A stretch of 64,000 nt of DNA from an uncultured virus (IMG/VR IMGVR_UViG_3300017593_000761) (lineage: Duplodnaviria; Heunggongvirae; Uroviricota; Caudoviricetes): the IMG/VR virus record IMGVR_UViG_3300017593_000761; one strand, 5' to 3'. Below the pieces are notes generated by a model. That model saw nothing but the letters and a program-made list of their open reading frames with translations, searched no databases and was not told the DNA's origin. This document shows positions 1 through 9,991 of the stretch, one piece after another. A program made the translations under genes and the position numbers. Numbering within the stretch: position 1 is the first letter of the stretch; the number at the start of each line of letters is the position of its first letter.

Positions 1-129
1 AATCTCAAGAACTTCTTTAAATGCATGAATTTTACCACAATAAAATTCTTTATTCTCTCTTGTGACGGATTCTTCGTACATCCTTCTTGCTAAATCAAGC
101 CTTGATAATATTTCATTCTTATCTAACAT
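1..129 (-). CDS. Hypothetical protein, truncated by window edge
   Basis: Not in ORF track; MLDKNEILSRLDLARRMYEESVTRENKEFYCGKIHAFKEVLEI, open to position 1, overlaps the stop of the upstream gene. Confidence 0.55.
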   Translation of the reverse strand, partial: MLDKNEILSRLDLARRMYEESVTRENKEFYCGKIHAFKEVLEI

Positions 130-401
130 TCTCTATCTCCTTCATCCAGTATAGCTTTCCAGTTCCTTTCCCGAATTGCCTTCCTTAAACTCGTAAGTTG
201 ATTCCATTTGAGAGCAAGAAGGAACCCAAGAAGAATCAGTGCCAACCCATAATATTCGTGTCCTAATAGCTCAATATCAAATCCTTGAAATCGTATGAAA
301 TGCTCCCAAAGGAGGAAGTTTCCCACAGCCAATAACGCTCCAGATACAAGCCAACGATAATATTGGAAGCATGGTTTTGCAAAATCACTTCTTCCGGTCA
401 T
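123..401 (-). CDS. Small membrane protein
   Basis: Two hydrophobic segments; part of an overlapping minus-strand gene chain. Confidence 0.65.
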   Translation of the reverse strand: MTGRSDFAKPCFQYYRWLVSGALLAVGNFLLWEHFIRFQGFDIELLGHEYYGLALILLGFLLALKWNQLTSLRKAIRERNWKAILDEGDREC

Positions 402-661
402 TCTTCCTCTCCTGTTGGCAATATAACTTTAGGCTTGCTATATCCCGTTGCCGTGAAGCCTTCCTTTAATGCTAATCTCCTCGCTATAACCTCTATCAAG
501 TCTAAGAGCTGCTTCTCACTTAAACAAGCATATTCTCCTCCGATAGTGAATTGTATGCAATATCTGTTTCCTTCAGGACCCACAAATGCAGTCAACTCTA
601 AGTCTTTAGTGTTCCCATATCCCTCCTTCATAGTCCTATATATCCTAATGTCTTGGCTCAT
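398..661 (-). CDS. Hypothetical protein
   Basis: ATGA-type overlap with neighbour. Confidence 0.65.
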   Translation of the reverse strand: MSQDIRIYRTMKEGYGNTKDLELTAFVGPEGNRYCIQFTIGGEYACLSEKQLLDLIEVIARRLALKEGFTATGYSKPKVILPTGEEE

Positions 662-896
662 GTTCCACTTCCATCATAAAACATATCTTCTCTCGTATTT
701 CATTTAAAGACATCCTATTGAATTCTTCTACACTTACTCCATCCCTATAATGGTAATAATACACTTCGGGATATCTTTGATAGCTAGTGAGCAATACTCT
801 TTCTACAAATGCTTTCTCTCCCTTCTTAATTATTGAACCACAGGCTTCACACGTGTGTTCTTTTCTTACCCGAACTATTTTTATCCATCTGCTCAT
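645..896 (-). CDS. Small putative Zn-binding protein
   Basis: HTCEACGSIIKKGE motif; GGAGGT RBS upstream. Confidence 0.65.
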   Translation of the reverse strand: MSRWIKIVRVRKEHTCEACGSIIKKGEKAFVERVLLTSYQRYPEVYYYHYRDGVSVEEFNRMSLNEIREKICFMMEVEHEPRH

Positions 897-1005
897 TTAT
901 AAAATACCTCCTTCAATATTATCCTTGCATATTAGGAGTTGTGGAGTTCGGGGAGTGCCATTCTTAATTCTGTCCCGTGAGAAAATGTGTCTAAGACCTA
1001 ACATG

Positions 1006-1126
1006 GATTTCTCACTGTTTGCATATATCCTTTGCTCACGCAAATTTCCTCATCTCCTTAATATTTTTCTATGTCCCAAACATAAAATTTCGTTATATCC
1101 CAAATATGTGCATCTGGTGCAAATCT
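1006..1126. repeat. Dispersed dyad element copy 1 (core 1020-1112, 93 bp)
   Basis: TGCATATAT...CAAATTT...ATAAAATTT...CAAATATGTGCA. Confidence 0.85.
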
Positions 1127-1620
1127 TACATAAAATTCTTCTCTATCTCATCAATCGAAAAGAGAGTCAATACTCCAATTATCATTTCAAGAACTTCTTT
1201 TTTCTTTCTCTCATCGCCAAAAACAATCGCTCCTTTTACAGAAGCGGTTCGTAGCATTCCATCGGTAAGAGGGACACCCTCCATCGTAACCTCTTTGAGT
1301 CTATTATACAATGATTTATCATAGGTAGAATGAATAGTAAAACTAAAAACATTCTTTTTCTCATCGTGTATGGTGTGTATTCTTCTAACGCAGAGAGAAA
1401 AGAAAGAGCCATCTATATTAAGAATCAACGAAGCATTTATTTTGTCCAAGCAGTATGTTTGGGGAGGAGGAGCAGCAGAATCAATAATAGAATGACGATA
1501 AATTGAGTACAGGAATTTCTTTGAGAACGGAAGAAAATACGCATCCCACATTTCAAGATTAGAGGAGTTTTCCTGGAAGAAAAATTCAAAATTTGGAGTA
1601 GCGAAAAATACAATTCCCAT
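1126..1620 (-). CDS. Hypothetical protein, tandem paralog family A
   Basis: C-terminus GAIVFGDE..EVLEMIIGVLTLFSIDEIEKNFM shared with the next two ORFs. Confidence 0.75.
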   Translation of the reverse strand: MGIVFFATPNFEFFFQENSSNLEMWDAYFLPFSKKFLYSIYRHSIIDSAAPPPQTYCLDKINASLILNIDGSFFSLCVRRIHTIHDEKKNVFSFTIHSTYDKSLYNRLKEVTMEGVPLTDGMLRTASVKGAIVFGDERKKKEVLEMIIGVLTLFSIDEIEKNFM

Positions 1621-1621
1621 C

Positions 1622-2131
1622 TCACATAAACTCCTTGACGATTTCTTCGGGTGAATAAAGATTTAATAGCCCAGCAACAATCTCAGAAATCTCTTTCTTG
1701 TCTTCTCTTTCATCATAAAAGACGATGACACCTGTTATATCTCGAGCAATTCTTATTTCTCCCTCACCCCCTTTCATATAATAATCGGTTAAGCTACTTA
1801 AATATTCATAAATTTCACCATTATATTCGGTGAAGAAATCAAGTTCATAACCTTTCATACTACATTCTCTTACAGGAAACGAAACCAGCGAATGATTTAT
1901 ATTGAGGATTAAAATTAAATTTGCATCCTTTATAGTGAATCTTGGGAGGAAAGGACCATCATTACGGAATGACTTGTCTAAACTCCGGGAGATAGCAGAG
2001 AGAAACTCTTCTGAAAAGGAGAGACACCACCGATCGAAAATCAGGAGGGTGTGGTCTTTATTCTTAAAGAGGAATCGAAGATTTTTCGTAGCAAAGAGTA
2101 TAAATTTCATATTACATAAATTTTTCCTCAA
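1622..2131 (-). CDS. Hypothetical protein, tandem paralog family A
   Basis: GVIVFYDE..EISEIVAGLLNLYSPEEIVKEFM. Confidence 0.75.
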   Translation of the reverse strand: MRKNLCNMKFILFATKNLRFLFKNKDHTLLIFDRWCLSFSEEFLSAISRSLDKSFRNDGPFLPRFTIKDANLILILNINHSLVSFPVRECSMKGYELDFFTEYNGEIYEYLSSLTDYYMKGGEGEIRIARDITGVIVFYDEREDKKEISEIVAGLLNLYSPEEIVKEFM

Positions 2132-2603
2132 TTTCTTTAGGTGAGAGAACGCTTAATAGACCACTTCCAATTTCAATAGCCTCACTTTGCTCTGCTTTAT
2201 CACAATAAATCAAAAGACCCGTGATGCCACAACGCATTCTCACTTCCCAAATTTTTCCGTTTCTCATTCGTCGTATTCCTCCTATCAAGAATTCTCCCAA
2301 CTCTTCGGGCGGGGCTTGGCGACACCCTACGATAAATTCTATTCCCTTTCGACATCGGATACAGTTTACAGACATTGATAATATCTCACTATCCTTGTTG
2401 AGAAGAGTGAAACCTTCCACAGAGTGAATCTCAAATTGAGAAGGCAAAGACACCTCCTTAATATTTAATTTTCGCTTGTGAAAATAAATCTGTGAAAGAA
2501 ATCTTTTGAAGAGAGGAAGATCAAAATAATCAATGAGGTAAAGAGTATTGCGTTTGCCAAATCTAAATATTAAGTTTTTGGAGTAAAACGGAATTGTTCT
2601 CAT
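2112..2603 (-). CDS. Hypothetical protein, tandem paralog family A
   Basis: GLLIYCD..EAIEIGSGLLSVLSPKEIEEKFM. Confidence 0.75.
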   Translation of the reverse strand: MRTIPFYSKNLIFRFGKRNTLYLIDYFDLPLFKRFLSQIYFHKRKLNIKEVSLPSQFEIHSVEGFTLLNKDSEILSMSVNCIRCRKGIEFIVGCRQAPPEELGEFLIGGIRRMRNGKIWEVRMRCGITGLLIYCDKAEQSEAIEIGSGLLSVLSPKEIEEKFM

Positions 2604-3094
2604 GTCTTTCTTAACAAAGTTAGCATCCCTATTCCAATGTGCTTCGTGTCTTCTATACTCTCTTCTCTCTCCCGTTTTATGATTATCGCTTTAAAATCCC
2701 AAAGTTCATAACAAAAGCCTTCTATTATTTTATTTGTATAAAGAGAATTTAAGGGACAAGTCGCCATAACCTTGTGTCTCATGCTTTCATATTCATTATT
2801 ATTCGGTATGACACACTGGAGATCCGCTTGTCGAAATCTTATTTCCTTCCTATAATATGTGTCTCTCCAGAGACGAATCTCTTTTAGCCGAGCAATAAAA
2901 AATCTATCTTGGACGCTAAACATTATAAAATAACTTCCCTCGTGTATTTCTGTTGTTGGAAGAATAGAGAGATTGTTAATAGCAGGCTGCCTCCACATAT
3001 ATCCTAATCCGATTAAGAAGGTTTGCCATGTCTCTTTTGTGAATGGAAGCGGAGGAAGAACTACAAATTCAGAAGGAGATGAAATAATAATCAT
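2600..3094 (-). CDS. Hypothetical protein, paralog family B
   Basis: ELWDFKAIII..E.TKHIGIGMLTL shared with 3091..3606. Confidence 0.7.
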   Translation of the reverse strand: MIIISSPSEFVVLPPLPFTKETWQTFLIGLGYMWRQPAINNLSILPTTEIHEGSYFIMFSVQDRFFIARLKEIRLWRDTYYRKEIRFRQADLQCVIPNNNEYESMRHKVMATCPLNSLYTNKIIEGFCYELWDFKAIIIKREREESIEDTKHIGIGMLTLLRKT

Positions 3095-3606
3095 TCCCGC
3101 AATATGAGATATCCAACACCTAAATTTTTTATGTTCTCTTCTGAATCCTCGTTAATGGGAAGCAATACACCATTAAAGTCCCAAAGTTCAATCTTCCATT
3201 TTCGTATCTTCCAAAATCCTTCTCCATGAGATTTGAAGAAGAGTAGCTTTATTAGTTCATCCCATCCTTCTCGATCTGCTAATTCTATATCAAAAGTAAA
3301 TTCAGCAAAATCTTGATATCTTTCTAATTCTCCACCCAGAATCTTCGCTATGAAATATCCTCGTTCCTTTTTCCAATTCGGAAACACAAGATTTTTTACC
3401 TCAAATACTACATAATAATTTATTAGTAGCCCTGAGGACATCAATTCTGAAAGTTTTGCCAGATGTTTATTCCACCCAAAAGAGTAAACCACGATTTGCA
3501 TCGTCTTCCTAAAGCGATTTGCACTTAATTCTGCTCTATATCCATAAATGGGAATTGCCTCATTCACTTCTCCCTTTACCACCATCGTAAAAGACGATTT
3601 TACCAA
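3091..3606 (-). CDS. Hypothetical protein, paralog family B
   Basis: ELWDFNGVLL..ENIKNLGVGYLIL. Confidence 0.7.
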   Translation of the reverse strand: MVKSSFTMVVKGEVNEAIPIYGYRAELSANRFRKTMQIVVYSFGWNKHLAKLSELMSSGLLINYYVVFEVKNLVFPNWKKERGYFIAKILGGELERYQDFAEFTFDIELADREGWDELIKLLFFKSHGEGFWKIRKWKIELWDFNGVLLPINEDSEENIKNLGVGYLILRE

Positions 3607-4735
3607 ATGGAAGCTTCTTGTGATATCTACGTAATTTCTCTGGCACTAACCAAACTACTGGGAAATCGGGAGATTTGTTAGGTGGAGTCCCAAATGTATC
3701 GGTAACATATATCAAGCCTCGTAATTCAGGATGATTCTCCATCTCCTTAAAGACAGGTCTGAAATCAGTTCCACCTCCGCCTTGCCACTTGATTTTATCA
3801 AGTTCTTCAGGTTCTCGTATCACGTGTTTCTCGTATAATCTCGCATCACATTGTAACAGGAGGACTTCAAGTTCGCCTCTGAAACAACTAAACAAGAACT
3901 TCATTCCTGATTTAAATTCCGATAGCAATTCCTCATCTATGGAACCACTCGTATCAATAGCTACTCCAATATGTAATTTGTTACGATTCCGGATAGGAGG
4001 CATCAAGATAGGAGGATACCTTCGTTTATTTATTCTCTTGAAGTCTGGCTGGCTAAAGCTCTGTTCAAGCACAAAAGACGATATGATTTCACTGATAGGT
4101 AATGGAGGGTAGAGCAAATCGTGAACCTCTCGACGTAAACCTTTAGGAAGATTCCCTTGCATATATGCTCTTAACAGAGACTGTCTTAGCACTTGACTCA
4201 TCACATTGTCTTTTTTGCTGTGTTTCCATACCTTGTGAGATTCTAATCGCTTCTTTGCTTCTTCACTTAGGGAGAGTTCTGGGATAGTGGTCATCCCTCG
4301 CCTCTCCTTGAGAAGTTCCCTGTATATCTGTTCAAATGTCATGCCGTCGAATCGTGAGTCGTATAACATACCAAGACGTAACCGATTGAATTCCTCCTTG
4401 ATTATTGAATTAACAGCATAATCCGCAGCCATATTCGCTATCTGCCATTCTGCATCGTTTCGAGCTATTCGCATCCTGGAGTCACCAAGATGATGCAAAA
4501 GGAGATGCAGGTATTCGTGAGCCAAATCAATCACGAGTTCTTGTGGAGATGATTCATTAAGATATTCCTCATTCACATAGATTCGTTCCCCATCTGTGCA
4601 AGCTGCTTCAATCTTCTCACCTTCCAATTCGTATGGTGGAGGAAGTGGAACAACTGGAATTCCGAGTATTCCAGACCAGAATGGCTTTTCACGTAAGAAC
4701 ATGAATTTAGCTCTCCGTATCTTCTTTTCGTTCAT
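3560..4735 (-). CDS. Metallopeptidase-like + VWA domain protein (DUF2201-like)
   Basis: HEYLH zincin motif, NMAADYAVN, MIDAS DTSGS, GGGGTDFRPVF, YVTD. Confidence 0.88.
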   Translation of the reverse strand: MNEKKIRRAKFMFLREKPFWSGILGIPVVPLPPPYELEGEKIEAACTDGERIYVNEEYLNESSPQELVIDLAHEYLHLLLHHLGDSRMRIARNDAEWQIANMAADYAVNSIIKEEFNRLRLGMLYDSRFDGMTFEQIYRELLKERRGMTTIPELSLSEEAKKRLESHKVWKHSKKDNVMSQVLRQSLLRAYMQGNLPKGLRREVHDLLYPPLPISEIISSFVLEQSFSQPDFKRINKRRYPPILMPPIRNRNKLHIGVAIDTSGSIDEELLSEFKSGMKFLFSCFRGELEVLLLQCDARLYEKHVIREPEELDKIKWQGGGGTDFRPVFKEMENHPELRGLIYVTDTFGTPPNKSPDFPVVWLVPEKLRRYHKKLPFGKIVFYDGGKGRSE

Positions 4736-5004
4736 ATTAAACCTTCAATCATACAAGCCCCTAACCCCAATCCCCTAATACTCCCCTAATAAGCATAAGG
4801 AAAGAAGTGAGTCATATTCTTCCTTTTCTTCCTCTTCTCTCGTAACGGGCTTTCCATCGGGCGCTTCAATGTTCTCATCAAAAGCATCAAGGTTCGTATC
4901 ATAAAATCGCATATATGTGAATTCTCTCCGTCTGATTTCCTCGTTAAATAGTAATACTTCGTAACTCCACCTTTGGTTATGTCAAATTCGTTCATCTTCC
5001 TCAT

Positions 5005-5118
5005 TTAAAGTTTGTTTCCGCATATATCACACACTAATTCTCCATTAACCTTTCGAGCTGTTACATATCGTTCACAATATTCACACCAATAAGCGCCTCT
5101 TGCTTCCATCGCTTCCAT
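5005..5118 (-). CDS. 37-aa Zn-ribbon microprotein
   Basis: Not in ORF track; MEAMEARGAYWCEYCERYVTARKVNGELVCDICGNKL; GAGGTGG RBS. Confidence 0.65.
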   Translation of the reverse strand: MEAMEARGAYWCEYCERYVTARKVNGELVCDICGNKL

Positions 5119-5219
5119 TTTTATCCACCTCTATTCATTTCTCAATCTGTTTTTACCATTCCCCTATCATCTCTTCTGCAAGGCTCGTATAACCTCCGCT
5201 ACTTATTACGATAAAATCT

Positions 5220-5465
5220 CTAATTGTCATCTTTAATTGTATCTATGAGTCTTAACATCCAAAGTAGTGCTTGCTCTACGCCTCTCCAGTAGGGACTTTC
5301 TTCGTGATTTCTTGCATGTTGGAGCATCTCATTAATTTCTTCTTCATTTCGGAGTTGTTGAGTTGTTATATTCGGGAAGAAGCACGAGTTGCTTCGTGCT
5401 TTTACCAAAAGAATATCTCCAGGTTTCCAGCCAAACATACGCTTCGTTTCTCTTAGGGAAGACAT
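5220..5465 (-). CDS. Hypothetical protein
   Basis: ORF with GAGGT RBS in the minus-strand chain. Confidence 0.55.
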   Translation of the reverse strand: MSSLRETKRMFGWKPGDILLVKARSNSCFFPNITTQQLRNEEEINEMLQHARNHEESPYWRGVEQALLWMLRLIDTIKDDN

Positions 5466-5587
5466 GATGCTACCTCATTGAAATAGCTATTGATAACACG
5501 AGTTATTAGATACAATGAGAAGAGTGCGACTCCCACTATAAGCGTTAAGAGGTATAGCACCATCCACTATTCATCGTCTATTTTACT

Positions 5588-5706
5588 CATTTCCTCTCAC
5601 ATGCACATAAATGCAATATAACAAAATTTGTGTCCGAGACATACTTTTATATTAGCTTTGGGATAAAATTTGCATGAGCTTCATCTATGTGCATCTCATG
5701 GGAAAT
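5588..5706. repeat. Dispersed dyad element copy 2 (core 5602-5693, 92 bp)
   Basis: TGCACATAAATG...AAAATTTG...ATAAAATTTGCATG...TATGTGCATCTCATGGGAAAT. Confidence 0.85.
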
Positions 5707-5894
5707 CATGGTGAAGTCGAGGACTGATTTTCGGGAATCTGTGGAGGAGAGGTATCCCAATCATCCATGAGCAATGCACCAACAATTATGAATAGCATCC
5801 CTAAGAATAGTCCTGCTTCCGAGCTGTTTTCAACTATACAGAGAACTGTTCCCCAAGCCAAGAGAGTCCGTCCTATGCACTGAGAGAATGTCAT
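5706..5894 (-). CDS. Small membrane protein
   Basis: Two hydrophobic helices; overlaps the ATPase stop. Confidence 0.6.
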   Translation of the reverse strand: MTFSQCIGRTLLAWGTVLCIVENSSEAGLFLGMLFIIVGALLMDDWDTSPPQIPENQSSTSP

Positions 5895-6982
5895 TGTCCA
5901 CTCACCAATGGGAGGATTTCTTTACCTATGTTCTTCATTAGCTCTCTGAAGTTCTCATCACTCAGCATCTTTCCAAACATCTCCGGTGGCATTATGTTCT
6001 TGAAGTCCACAAGGAATCCCGCTGCTCCCTCAACGTATCCGCTGTGAGATGGGTCTTGCATCCCTTTCTCCCAGATTGCCCTGACATATTTGAAATATGC
6101 CTTACAATAACTCATCTGCTTCTTCTTATTTCCTTCATTTGCTATCCTCGATAAGAGGGTCTGAATCGTGTATGTAAGCACATCATATTCATCAGATATC
6201 TCGCTAATATCACCTTGTAATATCTTTTGTGTATCGGGAATCTTATCTCGTAGCTCTGTGAATGCCAAGAACTTCGCAGCAACTGAAGCACCAATTGAGC
6301 CACTGAGGTCTTCCACTGACGTCATCCCCTGTCTTAACAACTTAGAGACTCTTTCCCATCCTCTTCCACAAGTCACTTTCTCTTCTCTATTTTCCGGGAA
6401 GACGTATAAATCATCAGGATGAGATGAGAGATACGCTATGACATCAGGGGATATCCTGTTTCTCAATGCCCAAGCTTTCCACACCGTAATATCAGGCTCA
6501 ATGTTTATCTCGTGTATCCTCGCTTCAAGAGGTATTTCAAAATCCACTACTCTTGCACCATGTATTCGTTTATTTCCAGTGCCACAAACTAACATCCCAT
6601 CGGGAAGCTTTAGGTCTCCTATCATAAAATCATAGAAGACGCGGTATAATGCTTTCTGCATCCATTCGGAAGCATGATTCAGCTCGTCAAATACGAGTAG
6701 TCCCTTAAAATCATCGGGATACTTTGCCCACTCTGGAGGAAGCTGCCTCACTATTCCATTCTCTACGTCTGGAACACACCAGCCCTCTAAATCAGGTGGC
6801 TCAAGTGTAAGTAGAGACTTAGAGACATATTCTATGCCCATCTCCTCCGCTACCTCCTTAATTATAGAACTCTTGCCTACTCCCGTTGGACCCCATAAGA
6901 TAAATGGAATCCGTTCTTTATATAACTTCCTAATCTTCTCCTTCGCCTCTAACAAATTCATTTCCCTCACCTCATGTTGCAT
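5891..6982 (-). CDS. MoxR-like AAA+ ATPase
   Basis: Walker A GPTGVGKS, Walker B VFDELN, GTGN sensor, RGWERVS. Confidence 0.88.
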   Translation of the reverse strand: MQHEVREMNLLEAKEKIRKLYKERIPFILWGPTGVGKSSIIKEVAEEMGIEYVSKSLLTLEPPDLEGWCVPDVENGIVRQLPPEWAKYPDDFKGLLVFDELNHASEWMQKALYRVFYDFMIGDLKLPDGMLVCGTGNKRIHGARVVDFEIPLEARIHEINIEPDITVWKAWALRNRISPDVIAYLSSHPDDLYVFPENREEKVTCGRGWERVSKLLRQGMTSVEDLSGSIGASVAAKFLAFTELRDKIPDTQKILQGDISEISDEYDVLTYTIQTLLSRIANEGNKKKQMSYCKAYFKYVRAIWEKGMQDPSHSGYVEGAAGFLVDFKNIMPPEMFGKMLSDENFRELMKNIGKEILPLVSGQ

Positions 6983-6992
6983 ATTTAGGAGT

Positions 6993-8024
6993 TCATGATT
7001 TCAGTATGTGATAAAACTCTTCTAAATATTTCCTGACTGTAGTCTCTTTCAGATATGTCGAGCCCTCAACACCATGAGAAATTAAATTCTCTTTCTCCGC
7101 TTTTAAATGCCGAACTATTATATCCTCTGCTAAATTAACATAAGATAAAACAGGACGAAGACTCTTTTCTTCATTCCAAGACGAATAATATACTTCCTCT
7201 AAGGTCATGAAAAATAAGTTCTCAGGCTCTATAAGAATATACTCATTTATAAAACGAAGAATTCTACCGGCTATGTTACAGAAGATATCTAACCATGAAG
7301 CATTTTGAAGAAACATGGAATGAATGGGCTTTTTCCGATATATACGAGTTCGTAAGTCAGTATCATTAATGAAGTATTTTCCCCTTTTATCAAAATAAAA
7401 TGGAACGGGAGGGAAGCTCACAGGAGAATATGGAGAAGCCACTTTATGAGCAAAGATACTTGGAAAATCAGAGATTTGTGAGTCTTCAAGAAGAACTCTG
7501 CATTCTCCATCTGAAGTCCTAAACTCAATTTCTTTTTCTTTTAACGGAAAATTCTCTCTGAGACACTCAAGTATCCACATGATTAAAGGAGGTTGTGCAT
7601 CGAGCTCTCCTATAATTCTTTCTATTATAGGCTTAATATGAATATTGAATGGATGAGATACAATGTATTTATTAAGAAATTTATGCTTACGTCCTCTTTC
7701 AAAATACTGCGATTGAATATCTCCCATTACTTTCTCATACTGCATTACTCTATCGAGCAACCTATGTGTGAAGATTAAGAGGTTCTTCGGGTTGCTCAGA
7801 TACTCTTCCATATTCTCTATGAAATGGCTTAGAGGAAGAATTATAAGTCCTGTATCCTCTGTTCCTAAATGAACAAGATGGAATCTCGCTTCTCTGTCTA
7901 TTTCGATTTTCTGAATTTCCCAAAGACGACGATCACTTGGAAGATTAATGTGCGCTCCTAATACCGATAGGACATAGTAGGCTGGTATTCCTTCCCACAA
8001 TCGAGAGACATTGATAGTTTTCAT
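6993..8024 (-). CDS. Hypothetical protein
   Basis: 343-aa ORF, no recognised motif. Confidence 0.75.
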   Translation of the reverse strand: MKTINVSRLWEGIPAYYVLSVLGAHINLPSDRRLWEIQKIEIDREARFHLVHLGTEDTGLIILPLSHFIENMEEYLSNPKNLLIFTHRLLDRVMQYEKVMGDIQSQYFERGRKHKFLNKYIVSHPFNIHIKPIIERIIGELDAQPPLIMWILECLRENFPLKEKEIEFRTSDGECRVLLEDSQISDFPSIFAHKVASPYSPVSFPPVPFYFDKRGKYFINDTDLRTRIYRKKPIHSMFLQNASWLDIFCNIAGRILRFINEYILIEPENLFFMTLEEVYYSSWNEEKSLRPVLSYVNLAEDIIVRHLKAEKENLISHGVEGSTYLKETTVRKYLEEFYHILKS

Positions 8025-8291
8025 TCAATTTTCCCAAATATTTGTGTGTCGAAAATGTTTAGTGATAATGCGTTTCTTGTGATTTCGGAATAGTTCTTTG
8101 AGAATCTCAACTTTTCGTGGACCAAGAACAGTTGTTTCATCAAGACACCCATTCCTATACGTCTCGATTGTTATTATGTTCTCTTTCCTATTGAATTTTC
8201 CTATCAACTGGATATCCATTTTTCTGTTAGTTTCTATATCAATTGTTCTCTGCACACGATGTGATTTTCGCATTATTCTCCTCCCTTTCAC
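8025..8291 (-). CDS. Hypothetical protein
   Basis: Abuts the downstream gene. Confidence 0.6.
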   Translation of the reverse strand: MKGRRIMRKSHRVQRTIDIETNRKMDIQLIGKFNRKENIITIETYRNGCLDETTVLGPRKVEILKELFRNHKKRIITKHFRHTNIWEN

Positions 8292-8373
8292 TATTTGAAT
8301 TCCTTTGTTGCATTCTTGATTGATAAAATATGAACTCTTGAGCTTCTTCCCAATCTCTTCTTCTTAGTTTCAT

Positions 8374-8400
8374 TTCTTCTTCTTCTTCTTCTTCTTCTTC
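8374..8400. repeat. (TTC)9 microsatellite next to an AT-rich intergenic region
   Basis: Read directly from sequence. Confidence 0.85.
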
Positions 8401-8515
8401 TTATAAATTAATATAAATAATATAATAATAAAGGACCTTATAATAGGATCCTACGTATTTTATACGTACACGTTATGATCAATAAAGGAGAGACCTTAAC
8501 ACGATAGGAATATCC

Positions 8516-8878
8516 TCATTCTTTATATTTTGAAAGCCATAATAAATAGACTGCATACGCGTGCCTTCCGAGATTGTTCCAGAAACACTCATTCGCCTTG
8601 AATCTCAAAATAGCTTCTCCAAGCCCGTCTCTCGTGCCTGATCCGAATCCTTGCTCTTTCAGTTCCGTACCGATTTTCCATATTCCTCTCATCACATAAT
8701 ATCTGGGCGCACCGAAGACTTCTGGAGGATAATCGGATTCCAATGTAATAATAAACCGATATTCCATCTCTGGCATAACTGTTGTCCATTTCTTCTTTTT
8801 GCAGTCATAGTATTCACTTGTCCGTAGTTCCTTCTCAAATATTTTTTGTGGTTTAAATCTATGAAATGTTCTTCCCAT
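8516..8878 (-). CDS. Hypothetical protein
   Basis: 120-aa ORF. Confidence 0.6.
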   Translation of the reverse strand: MGRTFHRFKPQKIFEKELRTSEYYDCKKKKWTTVMPEMEYRFIITLESDYPPEVFGAPRYYVMRGIWKIGTELKEQGFGSGTRDGLGEAILRFKANECFWNNLGRHAYAVYLLWLSKYKE

Positions 8879-8944
8879 CTTTTAGTTAGTCAATCATGAA
8901 CTCCTTTATTTTGAACATATATTAGAGGAAGAAAATAGAAACAT

Positions 8945-9169
8945 TCAATCTTCCTCGAAGAAGCCCTCTTCTCCTTTGCCCTCCTGCCTCTCCCGTTGTA
9001 TAGCCTCCCTAATTATAGCATAAGTGCGAGAAGGGAGTGTTGAACGAATGACTTGATAAAGCTTTTGCGCATCGGAAATTATATCTTCGTCGCTCGGAAA
9101 TGCAGTAGGGATTATCTCAATCAGTGTTATCCCTCTGTAAGACCTATCTCCGTGAATTCTTATTTTCAT
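8945..9169 (-). CDS. Hypothetical protein
   Basis: Overlaps the GATase stop. Confidence 0.6.
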   Translation of the reverse strand: MKIRIHGDRSYRGITLIEIIPTAFPSDEDIISDAQKLYQVIRSTLPSRTYAIIREAIQRERQEGKGEEGFFEED

Positions 9170-9990
9170 ATCAATCCATATAACCGTCCCAAGATAATGC
9201 TTCTGTTCCCATCGTCCCCGCTCTTAATAATCTTAGTCTCTCCGCTGTCCTTATCTTCATACACAAATGCACCACCGTTCTCTTTAACGTAGTTCCACGC
9301 TTCAGTCTTGTCTTTAAATTCCACCTCTTTCACGATATCCAGATATTCATTACCTTTTAGATAAGTCCCGTGTATTCCTCTGCTTCTCTTTACTAGGTAT
9401 TCGCCCTTTCCTACTCTTACCACATTACTATACCAAGATTGATACCAGTTATATTTCCAATCGAGGTCTGTGAACTTACGCTTGCCACTCACACGGAAAT
9501 CACCTATAAGAATCGGTTTTCTACCATTCAGCAGCAATACAAACTTTGAGTATCCAAGCATGTTCTGGAATTCCTTTGATAACATCAGAAGCATTAACTG
9601 TCTCTCACTAAGCTTAAGAGAAGATAAGAACCCAACAAAATTTGCTGTATCGCTTAAATTGCGATTGACATACTCAAAAGTGCGCAGGTGTCCTCTGTGA
9701 AATAATATTGCTCGTTTACCCTTTTTCAGCCTCACTATGAATGGGTGCGTAAGTTTTGGTTTTACTACTGCACAAGATGCTAATCTCCAGTGACATACAA
9801 CTGTGTGCTCACCCTGAATCTGGGATAGTGTCTCCCATGCTATCTCGGGTTCCATCATACCTTTAAGCACTTTCCATTTGCTATCTTCACAGTAGGCTAA
9901 TCCGAAACCATCGGGATTACTGTTCCAAATATTATTGAATTCTTCTTCGCTTACTTCACTTCCCTTTGGAAGGTATCCTATTACGCACAT
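9166..9990 (-). CDS. Class II (Ntn) glutamine amidotransferase-like protein
   Basis: N-terminal MC, NPDGFG, HWRLAS, HPF, SDT; the usual HNG reads HRG. Confidence 0.8.
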   Translation of the reverse strand: MCVIGYLPKGSEVSEEEFNNIWNSNPDGFGLAYCEDSKWKVLKGMMEPEIAWETLSQIQGEHTVVCHWRLASCAVVKPKLTHPFIVRLKKGKRAILFHRGHLRTFEYVNRNLSDTANFVGFLSSLKLSERQLMLLMLSKEFQNMLGYSKFVLLLNGRKPILIGDFRVSGKRKFTDLDWKYNWYQSWYSNVVRVGKGEYLVKRSRGIHGTYLKGNEYLDIVKEVEFKDKTEAWNYVKENGGAFVYEDKDSGETKIIKSGDDGNRSIILGRLYGLI

Positions 9991-9991
9991 C

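Noticed and set aside
4758..4790. Telomere-like CCCCTAA repeats
   Set aside because: Only 3-4 imperfect copies in a short gap; insufficient evidence of function.
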